Below are positions 32,691 to 45,272 of a DNA stretch of 64,000 nucleotides, piece after piece (position 1 is the first letter of the stretch; every line of letters starts with the position of its first letter). The notes beneath the pieces are model-generated. The model saw nothing but the letters and a program-made list of their open reading frames with translations. It made no database searches and was not told the origin of the DNA. The stretch spans positions 476,254,865 to 476,318,864 of the forward strand of contig NC_133620.1 in NCBI RefSeq assembly GCF_048593235.1, given 5' to 3'. The stretch is from Sminthopsis crassicaudata (taxonomy: Eukaryota). The position numbers were made by a program, and so were the translations under genes.

Positions 32691-35600
32691 ACGATAATGT
32701 GGGAAATGACTCTTTTTGGGGTTTCCAGCCTCAGTTTCCCTTNNNNNNNNNNNNNNNNNNNNNNNNNNNNNNNNNNNNNNNNNNNNNNNNNNNNNNNNNN
32801 NNNNNNNNNNNNNNNNNNNNNNNNNNNNNNNNNNNNNNNNNNNNNNNNNNNNNNNNNNNNNNNNNNNNNNNNNNNNNNNNNNNNNNNNNNNNNNNNNNNN
32901 NNNNNNNNNNNNNNNNNNNNNNNNNNNNNNNNNNNNNNNNNNNNNNNNNNNNNNNNNNNNNNNNNNNNNNNNNNNNNNNNNNNNNNNNNNNNNNNGAAGG
33001 GAGNNNNNNNNNNNNNNNNNNNNNNNNNNNNNNNNNNNNNNNNNNNNNNNNNNNNNNNNNNNNNNNNNNNNNNNNNNNNNNNNNNNNNNNNNNNNNNNNN
33101 NNNNNNNNNNNNNNNNNNNNNNNNNNNNNNNNNNNNNNNNNNNNNNNNNNNNNNNNNNNNNNNNNNNNNNNNNNAATCTTGACACAATCTCAGAGTTTCA
33201 GGGTTTCCTGTGACAAAGGCTCCGAGAGTTACTTGCTCCTCACTCCCCACTTGAGCCCCAAAGGACTCTTGGGGCACCAGAGCTCACCCGGCCCTGTTCT
33301 AGCTCTGAGCCCAGACCTGACTCGGTGGGGAAGCCGTTTGAGCCCAGGGCAATGTTTAATAAAGGAACAAGTAAATGATTTATGAGCTGTGGGGAATAAA
33401 AGACTGGGTATGTTCAGGTAACAGCTTCTAACCACACAGCAAAGCCATTGGAAAGCACCGTGGGAGGCCACGGAAGAGCTGCCACCTGGTCTCCGCCACT
33501 GTGACCCCACTGATCTCAGGCCCATCAGTCACTCTCTCTGGGCCTCGATTCCTTCATCGGGAAGATGGGCATGGGCCAGATGGTTTCTGAGGTCCCTTTC
33601 AGTCCTAAGCAGATCCTGGGAAGTCGGGTCAGCTGTTTTCTCCCCGGCCAGCTTGCTGAGTCGGAGGGTCACTTTAACATCCCCAACAAAGGAGAGTGGA
33701 TCGGCTCCTGGGAAGGACCAGGCCTGGGAAAGGAGGGAAGGAAATCTAGTTGACGCGCTGCCTGAAAGCACCCCCCACTGGGTCAGCTTGGGGGGGACCC
33801 AGTCATGAAGGCAGCTCCACTGACGCTGCCCTAACTCTTATCTTTGGCAGAGCTGGCAGGGGCCAGGGGCTGGCATTCAGCCAGGCCGGAGTCCGCCCCT
33901 TTCATTTCCAATCTGACCAAACTAGGGATGCCAGCTTGGCCCTGCTCGCCTCCGGGCCCTGCTCATGACTCCAGAGCCCCAGATAGAAATGTGGGCGCCC
34001 CCACCTCCAATCCAGTCACGGGAACAGAGCTCCGGAGCAGCCTCTGGCCCATCCTAAGTGTGGGGCCCTGGCCAGTCACCCCCTGGCCAGCCCCAGCTTT
34101 CTCATCTATAAACGGGGATCCCGGCAGCGCCTCCCCCTCATGCTTGTCCTTAGGACTGTGATCATATTTCTAAGCTTTTTGCACATCTCCAAATGCTCTC
34201 TAAGTGTTGTTAATTTTAGAAGTAATTGAGGCAGTTTCCCTAGAATTAGAAGAGAGACATCAGGACTCTGTGGATCTTGGGGAAGAGATCTTGGACCCTA
34301 GCTCCAGGTCTGTGAGCTTCCTTCAGGGGAGAAGGGGAGATGGGGAGTAGAATCGAGGCTGGGCGTGGCCCAAGAGATGCTCCTAAGGGGTACAGCTCCT
34401 TTGGGGAGAAGGAGAAGGTAAGCAATCTATAGTTTCCCATTTAATTATTCCAGAATTTTATACATTTAAGGAGTTTGATTGTTACAATGCACAACCAATG
34501 TAAGAATTTTCAAAATCATTCTCTTAAATGCTTTTTTGCACCTTCTAAATGCCAACCCCCCAGACAAGAGCCTGACATCCCACCCCTAGTTTTGGCTAGT
34601 TTTGGATTCTCAGGCTTGATCTGAGTCTCTCCTCCGAGGCACCAAGAGCTCATGATAAGCCCCATCCTGTGCCCACCAGACCTTCTGGGGGAGGTAGGGC
34701 AAAGGTAAGACATGACCTGCTCCAGATCCTGCAAGTTCCAAGCGCCTTCCCCATCCAGGCCATCGGAGACTCTGCACACCAGTAGCTCAAACACTGAGAA
34801 AGATCTGCACCAAAATTCGCCATCATTTCCCCTGGCAAAGAGCGTAAGGCCCTGCGAGACGCCCCCAAGCCCCTTTCTACATGAAACTTTCCTGATGCTT
34901 TTGGCTGCCCCACGAAGCTCGCGTCTGTCAGCGTGGATCTCTGTTCCGTGCTCTTACTCTTTCATCTGCATGCAGGCATGCGGTGTCCATTAGGACCTCA
35001 CGCCCAGAGCTTCTGCATCCCGTGAGTAAGAACTATTTAGTGCCTTTGCATCCACAGCCCCGCTCCAGGCACTGGGTAAATGCTTGCCCGTTGTGTCACC
35101 CGCCTTTCACTAAGGCGCCCACGAAGATGGCTGCCCACTAAAGCTGGCACTCAGGCAGGCCTCCAAGTGAGCTGGTCAGACCCCAGGTCCCGGCCCCGGT
35201 GGGGCTGATTCCATTGTCCCCCAAAGAGTGGGAACAAGAAGTATCCTGGGTCCTGACTTTATTCTCCGGGTACCTGCTGGGGGGCTGTCTTTCATCTGGG
35301 CCTACCTCCTCATCCCAGACCACAGGGCATCCCACCAAGAGCATCTCGCCCTCTGTGTCTCTCCATGGCAACCAAGCTTTGCAGTGGCAAAGTGCCTTTG
35401 CTCCCCGACAGCCCCGACAGTCATTTAAAAGAATGGCGCTCAGACATCCAATCGGAAACCCCAAATGGCTGGAAATGCCCGTCATGGGCCAGGACACACA
35501 TGGGGCGGTCAGCCAGGCCGTGGGCTAATCTGCTCAAAACCAAGGCCGCAGCCTGCGCCCACCCTGGGGGTTCTAGAAGCCAGTCACAAGATCAAATATA

Positions 35601-36805
35601 CTGTAATAATGCAGAAGAAGCTGGGAGGGTGGCAGGGGGGCAGAATCACCATCATAGTCTTAATAAGAGCAAGTCTTTCTGGGGAGCTTTAAGGTTTCTG
35701 AACCGTTGTAGAGAGACTCTCATTTAATTCCCACAACATCCTTGTGAGGTAGGTGCTGTCACTGGCCTACAACGGGGAAACTGAGGCTGAATTGAATGGC
35801 TCACTATATATACTACATATAACTAGCAAGTGTCTGGGACAGCATGGAAGTGGGGGCTTTCCACCTCCCATAGTCCACTGCTCGGTCCACTACGGCACCG
35901 CAGCGGGACTGAACACGGGGCCCGAGTCCTACCCTGACTGGCCCTCCCTGGCTATGTGATGGCGAGTGAACCATTTAACGTTGCTCATCCCCAGGATCCC
36001 AGCTGTAACTGGGGGAGAGCAGGAGCACCCATCCCCTAGGTTGGTGTGGGGATCAAATGAGATCTTTGCAAAACTTAAAATGCTGTAGAACGGCTGCTAC
36101 TATCGTGCAGGCCATAGTCGAGATCACTGAGAAAAAGATTTGAGTTTCAAATCATCTCAATTTGTTCAGCAATGTCTGCCACGTTCCCAACAGAGCGGGA
36201 TCACTTGCCTTCCTCAGCTTTGGCTTTGGACTCCAGATACCAGGGGAGAGAGATTTGTATACGCTATAAAACAATAAATCAAATAGAACCAATGGATTAA
36301 AACAGCAAAAGTACAAACCAGCTTGTCCAATTTCTGGTTGGAGGAAAGACGGGGGCTTTCGGAGTTGGGAGGGAGAAAGGGAATGGATGTGATTCCTCAG
36401 ATCCAGAAAAAAGAACAACAAAGGGACATAGGAACAATAAGTGACTGACTGGGACGGGACCAGCTTTCAGAGAAGATGCACGGGCTGCTTGAGATGTGCA
36501 ACTTCGAGAAACTGCCTTGTTTCAATCTCTGACCTATACCCCAGGTCTTTGGTTAGGGGCCTCTGAGCAGCAGGGAGGGCCGCTCCAGCTTCCTAGCCAT
36601 GCAGGGATCCTTCAAACAATGCAACTAGATGCTCTCCCGATCTCCGCAAATGAATAGAGTTTTCTCACAAGAAGAAATTGCACTAGACCACAGCTGAACA
36701 GAAAGGGGGCTTCGCTCCAGAACTGAGTCACAAGATGGAGTCAGTGGCGTTGACTCACTTCCCACAATTCTCCCCTTGCTGCTCCAATCCCCTCAATTCA
36801 GAATG

Positions 36806-37423
36806 TTCCACGGTCTCTCGGGAATATAAGGTTACATTCAGTTTCGGCCCCTACACATTCAGTCCAGTTCAAGTGGAAAAACCCAGAGCAAAGGGATGTG
36901 AATAGTAAAAATGCTGGGAAAGCAAATTGCAAAAGAGACTGCGTACTGTCGGCCAGTGGCCGGCCGGAGACCAACAAACCACAGAGACTGAGCCAGCAAG
37001 GAAAGGTGGGTCCCGCCTGATGGTCTTTTCTTCTGAGAGAGGGGGAAGAGGGAGGGACAGAGAAGGGAGGAGAGGAGGGGAGGGGAGGGGAGGGAAGGGA
37101 AGGGAAGGGGAAGGAAGGGACTGAGAGACAGGAGACAAAGAGACACACAGAGAGAAATACTAAGAGAAACAGAGATGAGAGAGAAAGATATAGAGAGAGA
37201 AATACTAAGAGAAATAGAGATTGAAATGGGCTGAGATCAAGATCAAGGCAGAAGGAAACATTTTGGAATGGAGAAATCTTGTCATCTTCTGAGTTCAAGT
37301 AGTGTACATTGGGGTCCAAACCTAAGCTTTAAAAACACTTCTCTTCTAATTAAAGCTATTCTTTCTTGAGAATCACCAGTTAAGAGAGAGTAAAGGATTT
37401 CTCAGTCACTTTTTATTTGCAAC
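36806..37423 (+). mobile_element. Candidate LTR-like element
   Basis: TGTT...AACA termini, internal (GA)-rich tract, ATTAAA about 70 nt before the end. No clear TSD. Confidence 0.3.
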
Positions 37424-38738
37424 ACGGTAAGAAGTGGCTCCACCCCTAATTTCCCCCCATTTTTGATACACTTTATTACAGGACTGTCCTGTCCCCATGC
37501 AGACAGATTTCTCAGCGGCTTTAGGGCATGTGTATAACAATGTCCATGTTACTTTTCCTTTATTATGGTCACAAAGTCCCCCAGATGTGCAGCCCTTCAG
37601 CCATAGCTCATCTTCTGGGGCAGTGCAGTGTGGGAAAGCCTCCCAGACTCTGGTTAGGAGTTCCAAAGGTTCAAATCTTCGCTCTGCCCTCTGAAACCTT
37701 AAGGAATCACTTCAACCTCTGGGCCTCCATCTTCTCATTTGTAAATTGGGGGAGGGGTGGCCCTGACAGCTTCTAGTACCCTCCCAGCTCTCTCTCTAGG
37801 AGAAGATGAAGTCCCAGGAGACCAAGGGGCAGAGGGTGAGGAGCCCTGGGTCCAGAGTCAGGTGCGAATTCTGACTCTGCTACTTAAAGGCCTGGAGCAG
37901 GCCCTTTCCAACTCAAAATCTATGCTTTCCCCTTTCAAATCACAGTCTGTCTTTAAGCGAGATGGCCTATAACTGTGTATTTCTTCCTTGTTTCAATAAA
38001 ACTTTAGGATGACTTCAGGCCCTGCTTCAATGTAATGGTTTCTTCAATAAACCTTTGGTAAGTGCCCGAGCGAGGCTCTGCAGACGCAAGGGCTCAAATC
38101 AAACCATCTGCCCTCGTGGAGCTGACATCCTGCTAATAGGGAGCACTGGCGCGGGCGCTAACAGGTGTACACAAAACTACCCAAATTAATTCTGAGAGGG
38201 AATGCTAGGGAGGACCGCACCTTATTTTCGTAGTAGTAAATTGTTTAGTTCATATGAGGCAAGTCTTCGGAGCTCATTATTTGCATGTTTCACACGATGG
38301 GGTGCTAATTCCTAATGGCTCATTTCTTTTTTAATTCTCTATCAGGGTTCTAAGGCAATAAGAGGTCAGGTTCTAATATCTCCTAATAAATTAATAGAAA
38401 TACGTGATTTTTATCATTAATTGATCAGTTAGCTCTTAGCCCCACCTCCAATTTTTTCACTAAATCAGAGAAATCTGTTCTTAGAAGCTTTAAACCACCC
38501 TTCTTTCGATGTAAAACTCCCTAGTCTCCCGAATAAGCATTAATGCTATTGGCTCTGCAGTTCATTAATGTGAAAACCAAAACAAAGATATATGAAACAT
38601 TTCAACAGCAAATCACATTAACGAAGGTCAGTCTCACTTCTAACAGTTACTGTGACTTCTCCTCATTAGTCTGGAAATCAGAGCGGAGGCTCCCATTGTG
38701 CCGCCCACTAGCTGTAAGGACTGATAAAGTTACATACC

Positions 38739-38850
38739 TTTATTTATTGGTTTTGGGCAATTGGGATTAAGTGACTTGCCCAGGGTCACACGGCCATTAA
38801 GGGTGAAATGTCTGAAGCCGGATCTGAACGAAGGTCCTCCTGACTCTAGG
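38739..38850 (-). mobile_element. WSINE1-like SINE fragment
   Basis: GGCAATTGGGATTAAGTGACTTGCCCAGGGTCACAC...GTCTGAAGCCGGATCTGAAC...TCCTCCTGACT is the reverse complement of the SINE body. Confidence 0.8.
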
Positions 38851-39602
38851 TTTCCCAGGCAGGTGACAATAATATAACAATGTAACAATGAGACCAGCAC
38901 AGCGGCTCTGGAGACCCTGGGTAGTCAGTCTAATCCCTCTCCTCCCACCCTTTCCTTGGGAGTCTCCCAAACACTGAGCCAGCCCTGGCCATGTGTGCGT
39001 CAGTCTCATCATCCCTGCAGACATCCCTGGAGAGCATCCTGCCGAGGTAAATGATCTTGTCCCCAGCATTCAGAGCTCCTCCTTTTGCATAACGGGTAGT
39101 TCCACATCTGGAATTGCGATGCTGACTCGTGGAGGACCTGGGTTTTCTTGGTATTCATTGTTGGCCAAAATTAGCACCAGCCTGTCAAGGTAAAGGGAAT
39201 GGACCATTCTGTGCAGTCACAGGGGGTCTCTCTCTTGGTCATTGTGGCAAAATTCTTGCCTTAATAAGCTGACCCTACACGGAGGGAATAGTCCTCTACT
39301 TGAAAGCCAGGGGCTTCCAAAGGGGCCGAGGAACAGTCAAGGTGGCGTTTACTGCCCTACAACTCCAGGAAAAGTTCCAGCAGCAGAGCAGGGAGCTCAC
39401 CACCTTTGTGAATCTGACCAAGGTCAGTCTGGGGGCTCATAGATAATTATGTCCAAATTCAGTGGCCCAGAGTAGAGAATGTCTATTTGCCCTAGTTGTG
39501 GATGATGGGCAACATCCTCGAGCCTTCCCGGCCACCAGTGGAGTGAAAGGAGGCTGGGTGCTGGCTCGCTCCCGTGCTTTTTAGCAGGAGGTTTTTAGCA
39601 CG

Positions 39603-39745
39603 ATGGAATTCTTCACCACGAAAAGGTTGGAAGCCAAAACCAAAGTAAAGGGAGCATCAGCGCGGGATATTTTGTTTGCAGATGATTGTCCATTGTACAT
39701 TCAATGCAGCCTCCGAAGCAGAGATGCCACAAAGAATGGACTTCT
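39603..39745 (+). mobile_element. RTE-clade LINE reverse-transcriptase fragment
   Basis: Frameshifted translation TKRLEAKTKV...DILFADDC / FNAASEAEM.Q.MD matches the RTE RT motif (RLxAKTKV...LFADDCALxAxSExxMQ). Confidence 0.8.
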
Positions 39746-42479
39746 CATCCTCCAGAAACCATCCTGCTGTTCAGCTTTCTCAAAATGGCAAGGCCTCCCA
39801 GGAATTACCTTCTAGGTATCTTAAGGGGATGATAACGAAGCTTAGGAAAGAAATTCCCCTGGTCCCTTTTCTCTGCCTTCACATGCTCTCTCTCCAGAAA
39901 TAACAATCCATCTAAAATCATAGTTAATCTTAGGAAAGAAGTTCTCTGAATCCCTTATCTCTGTTTCTCACACAGTCCAGTCACTCTCCCCCTTCCTTCT
40001 GTCTTTCTTTCCTCTTCTCTGTCTCTCTTTCCCCCTCCCTCCCTCCTTCCTTTTCCTTTCCCTTTCTCCCTCCTTCCCTCTCCCTCTCCTTCTTCCTCTT
40101 TGTCCCCTTCTCTATGTATATAGGCATGTGTGTTGATTTGCCTCCTTCTTAAGGCTCTCTTCCCTCTTAAAGACTGTGGTAGTGGCCATAGTCTCTGTGG
40201 GAGAGTTGGGGTTACACACATATTCAAGAGTCTAGCCCAGAAAAGAAACCCACTGAATCTGGGAGCTGGAAATGCCCTGAGAGGCCATCGAGTCTAAGGG
40301 TCCCCGATTAGAGAGGGGATTCGGCCCTACAACGTCTCTGATACAGATTGTCCTGCTTTGTCTCGCCTCTTCTGAAGGAGACCCCCCTCACCTTCCATTG
40401 CATTCTGCACCAGGCTCCTCCAACTGTTAGGAAGGGTTTTGTGCAAATTGTATCCTAACAAACACATCCAAGACGTCCCTCCTTTGTTCCATGTTGTTCC
40501 TAGCCACAGTTGGGATGAGGTCTGGGGTCCCTTCCATGAGTTTTACGTGTGATTCTCGCCCAAACACCAAAGCTTGTCTCGGGACTACGTCCCTATCATT
40601 GGCCACAGGGGAGCCAGGCCATCAGAACTTACTAAACTTGACCCAGAAGGAAGGAGGCCCTGGGTCCTCATCCCTCCCTGGGGCACAGGGAGGCTGAGAC
40701 TTCCCAGGACTCGGTGTCAGAAAAGCAACACAGAGTACACAGTGCTCGCTCAGGAGTCCATGTTGCCCCTTCTTTCATGGGATTGGATGAATAGCCAACG
40801 TCGCAGAGAACTAGAGATGGAATACTGCGCGTGGGTGAAAAGAAGTAGTTTGTTCAACGGGGTGGGGGTGGGGGGCTGCGCTCTCTGTGTACAGATATAA
40901 AGGATGAGAAAAAACGCCATGGCGGAAGGGAGGGGAGTGAAGCTAGGAGTAGCTGCCAGCTCCCTTAGCCCTGTCTCTGGGCGATCCAGCCACGGCTAGG
41001 GGCATCTTTAGGAATGGCGTCCTTTCTTTTCAAAGAATCTTGGAACTGGCCCAACTTGCTCCTCATGTTAGTGATTCCATCTCTGGCAGTCCAAGAATGC
41101 TGTTTTTCCTTCTTTCTCCTTTCTCAGCACAGGAGATCTGCTTAGGATTCAGATATTCAGTCTAAACAAAGAGAGAATGGAGTCATTGTCCAAGTGTTTC
41201 TCAGTGCCCGGTGCGAGGTCCTGGGCAGAAGGGTTCAATACCGGGAGGCCCAGATATCGGGCAGTCGGGGCAGGGTGGGGGGGGCAATGGCTGCATTTCA
41301 CGGGTCTCATCTTCCACATTTTGCATAACGCCGAATTCCATGAATCTATTTGGCTTCCAAAGCCTCGTCCTGGGCCCCAGGTTGTCTCCTGGCTGTGTGG
41401 CTTCCAGAGCCCTTGTGGCATTTGGACTCGGTCCTCCCTGCCCTCCCTCAGAGCGAGCGCAGCCGGCACACTGTAGCAAAGCAAAAGCTTGGGGCAGCCC
41501 CCCCACCGCCAGGCGACCCAGAAGAAAATAACAACCCCAAGAGCGGTGTTTGCTTTGGTCCCCTGGCAGCCCTGGTAGGCGAGGACAAAACAACAGGGGT
41601 TTCACTTCTCCTCACTTTCTTTCAGTTGTGAAAAGGGAACTGGCAGTTGGTAGAGAGAGAGCACGCTCCGAACAAAGCTGGTTTTCACGGCATTCGGACT
41701 GTGAGCCACTGGTGCCGAGCAAACCCGGGTCGCTGAAGTGAGGCAGGAAGTGGTCCTGAGCCAGTCATGGAGAATGACAGCCTTGGCCCTGCTGCCCCCA
41801 GAGCTGCAGCATAAACTGTTTCCATTACTCTGGATTGTGTGCCCCTTGGCACAACTCATACCCAACCCTATTTCCCACTTAACCGACCACCTTTTCTTAT
41901 TTACACAGATGGGGGCGTTATGCAAGCTTTTTCTTCTTTCTTTTTGAAGCTCCTTATCCCCCTCCACATACCCCCCCCCCAGTCTCCTGTGATGCTCCCT
42001 CCTCCCTCACAGGACTGGGCTGAGCCTGGGCTCTTGAAGCCAACAGAGCACATGTGCTAGCTGGTCCTACTAAGCTCCAAATAAGGTTTGGAGTGCAGAC
42101 CTAGGATTTAATAGTATTTAATTGATTGATTAATTAATTAGATGAATAGTATTAACTTGATTAATGGGATTACTCAAGCGCCAGACATGTAAGTTTGAGT
42201 CTCACCACCAGACAGGATGAGTAGAGGAGGATTTTTCAGTCATAGTTAGCTCCCCCAAGTCAGCTACAAGAAAACAGAGAGCTGCAAGCTCCCATAAGAA
42301 ATGGGAGACCCATGCCGGCAACGATGGAGCTTTGAAATGCTGAAGCCTCCGTTTGAAAGGAGCCAAGAGATTGTAATTTGTACCCAGTACTGACCCCCCT
42401 GAAATACTGAATGAGATCAACGCAATCATTTAGGACATAGATGGGCAAACAATCTTATGCAAAATGTCACAAACATTTT

Positions 42480-42770
42480 CAGGGAGAAACTAAGCAAAAT
42501 TCAAAATAGCTAAAATAGTAAGAAGGGGTCCTAAGGATAAAAGATACTTCTTTCCACTTATTCACAGAGGTGAGGGGCCTCAGGTGGGAAATACTGCATA
42601 CCTGTTTAAATGCATTGTTCAGTTCTGCTGATTTATTTACTTCTTTTTAACTTTTTTGTCATAAGGGAGAGTGCACAAGAGATGGCAGAGCTGAGTAAAG
42701 AGATACAATGGGAAATGCAAGTGATGCGAAAACGAGACATCCATAAAAATTTATTTTAAAAAATTAGGCA
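42480..42770 (+). mobile_element. Old L1 3'UTR remnant
   Basis: Parallels the 1780-2012 L1 tail (CAGAGGTG...GTGATG..AAAA..ACATCCATAAAAATTTATTTTAAAAAA). Confidence 0.55.
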
Positions 42771-45272
42771 AAAAGAAAAAATTTTCCATATTGTTTAAAT
42801 GTCTTTTGTAGAATTGACCCCCCCCCAAAAAAAAACCCACAATGACCTGTGGAAAAATTAGTGCAGAGGTACAAATAGCAAACAGGATTTTGGAGCCGCA
42901 TACGTGCGAATTTGGCTTTTCTATCAATATCTTTGTGATTTTAAAATAACAGGGAAGTGGGTTTTTAAAAAGCCTTTTTATTCTGAAATCCAGAGTAATT
43001 CAACATAATGGAACTACGATAAAGGGAAGGAGGCATTGTGGGTAATTCTTAGAATAACCGAACTGAAGTTTCTACAGGTAGGACCTAATGATTGTCAATG
43101 ACAGAGTCTCTGAGCTTCACCCAGAAAAAGTCGGAGGAAAGTTTGCAACAAAGAAAGAAGCATGAAGGGGTTTGTGGGCGCCACCCCGTGGTGTAACCGT
43201 TTTGCTCGGGGACCCAGAGCCCAGAGCGAAAACCTGTGTAGGAACGGGAGAGACTTGGCCATCACCTCGGAACGGCTCTCAGATCAAGACTTCGGAAGCG
43301 AGAGCCCGCTGCGGCTGGTGTCCCTGAAAGAAACAAGGCGGCCGGGCGCAGCCCGCAGCCCGCCTCGGGTCCAGGGGTCTGAGCCAGAGCCCGCCGGAAG
43401 CCGCGGGGCCCACAGCGTCCACTTTATCGCTGCCCCTTCACGAGGGTTTTTTTGGTTTTGTGGTTGAATAAGTGAGGGGAGGAAAACCATTTGCGGAAGG
43501 GAAACTGATTTTCTGGAGAAAGAAGGAAGAAAAAAAAAGTTTCTCAATTAAATGCTCGAGAGACTCGCACTATTCGAAGCGAGTTGGCAAAGTGGCTGCT
43601 CCTCACAGGAAAGAAGCTGGCCTTATTCGGATCAGAAAGGAAATCAGGATAGTGCGGAGAGCCGGGAACCTCCCTCACCTGGTGCGACCCTTTCAGATTA
43701 AAGGCTAAAACTGGCCAACGCCCACATCAAATCAGTCCTTGGGGCTCCGAGAAGGCTGTAGAAGAACTGCTGGGTTCGCACATTCTAGAACAGTGGAGAC
43801 CACCGTGAATTTGACTCCCTAAAGCAAAAGGAGGAGTCGCTGGGCCCTGCAGGGCTCTGACGTGCGGCACAGGCGGCTCGGGAAGGAGCCGGGACAGGCG
43901 CTAGAGAACAGCTGGCGTTCGCTTGGCTGGAGAAAGGCTGGGGCGCGTCCTGCTGCCCCCCAGAGCTGGCAGGGAGGCTGCTCTCCCCTGCCATCTGCTG
44001 CTAAGGAGCGTCAGGCGGGCAAGGGCGCGGGCGTGGCCGCTCGGCCTTAAGAGAGCCCGGTCTGGGAGCAGCGGCCGTTTCCGGGCCGAGGGAACCGCCC
44101 CTCCCATCCCCCCTCGGCACCCCGGGGAGCAGTCAGGCCCAGCTCTGCGGAGGAGGGCGAGGCGGCCGCCGGGGTGTCTCTCTCTGGGAGCGGCTGCCCC
44201 GCTCTTGGCGGACGCTCTCACGGGTCTTGCGGACCGCCAGGTTTGGTTAAATGCTTTCTGATCCAGGACGTTGGCGGTTCCTGCCTTTGCCCCACAGCCC
44301 GTTCGGGATTATTTTATCTTTTAATAAACTGTTGAACAGCTGACGCCTCCGGGACTGATGCCGGTGGGGGGCAGCTCGAGGCGGAGTCGCGCACCCCGCG
44401 GCCACTGGCTCCGGGGATGCAAATCTGCAGGTTCTTCAAGCTCTGGAAGCACAAATCGGGGTCAGGAGTTCTCGGCCGTCGGTCTCGCGGTCAGTAAGCC
44501 CGCGACACGCCCGCTTGCTTCGAGAAGATTCTCCTGCGGCCCCCCGCTGCGGCGGGGGCTGCGGAGGAGGCCTCCCCTCCTCCAGCTCGCTTCCCGCATG
44601 AGAAAATGGGGGCGCGCGCGGGCTCGGGGTCAGGGGGTCAGTGTCCGGGCCCTCCTGACGCCAGTGCCGCGGGTCCCTTGGGGCGGGAGAGAGGCGGCCC
44701 GCAGCAGCTCCTGGTCAGTGTTTGTGAGGAATTCCCACCCGCTGCCCCGCCCGGAGCGTTCCTCCTGCAGCTCGAAGGAGGCCTGCTTGGGGGCCCGTCC
44801 CAGCGCCGCAGCCTCCTCGCAGTTCTGTAGAGACTCCCAGGAAGCTAGAAACTTCCTCAGCCGCGAGCTCTCCTCCTCCCGAGACTGGCCAAGGGGCGCC
44901 GAGCTTGAAATCGCGGGAAAACACAGGGTCCTGGCGCGGGGGCCGCAGACTCAGATCGCAGCGGCCCCGGGAACAGGAGGGCTGGGGAGTGCCCGGCAGC
45001 CCGCTCCTCGTTTCCACGCGCCGCCGGCCCGTTACACAACGCGCGCGGCCACCTGTGCTTGGGAAGCAGGAATTATCTGTGTCGTTACTGTGAGCGCGCA
45101 GTGCAGAAATCGAACTGACGCTACGGGGTGTGCGTTACGTCACTCCGGGGTCGTCTCCCCTTTTATGGGAGTCACCGCACGGTCACGGCGCGAGGGGCGC
45201 TGAAATGTAGGCTGGGGCAGGGCCTGGTTCCCTCCTAGAAGGGCGAGTGTCGTCCCGTGGAATGAAGCGCCT

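Noticed and set aside
7079-33174. ORFs spanning N-runs (gaps at about 7079-7243, 10397-10566, 22832-23193, 31794-32250, 32742-32995, 33005-33174)
   Set aside because: Artefacts of unknown bases. The gaps also limit what can be said about the LRR gene 5' region and the S100B upstream region.
40896-40930. TATAAA followed by a strong Kozak GCCATGG
   Set aside because: The ATG is only ~18 nt after the TATA (upstream of the expected TSS), and the frame closes after ~26 codons.
44358-45203. 281-aa + strand ORF as a real gene
   Set aside because: Low-complexity R/S/G/A composition typical of chance ORFs in CpG islands, with no domain. Kept only as part of the lower-confidence finding.
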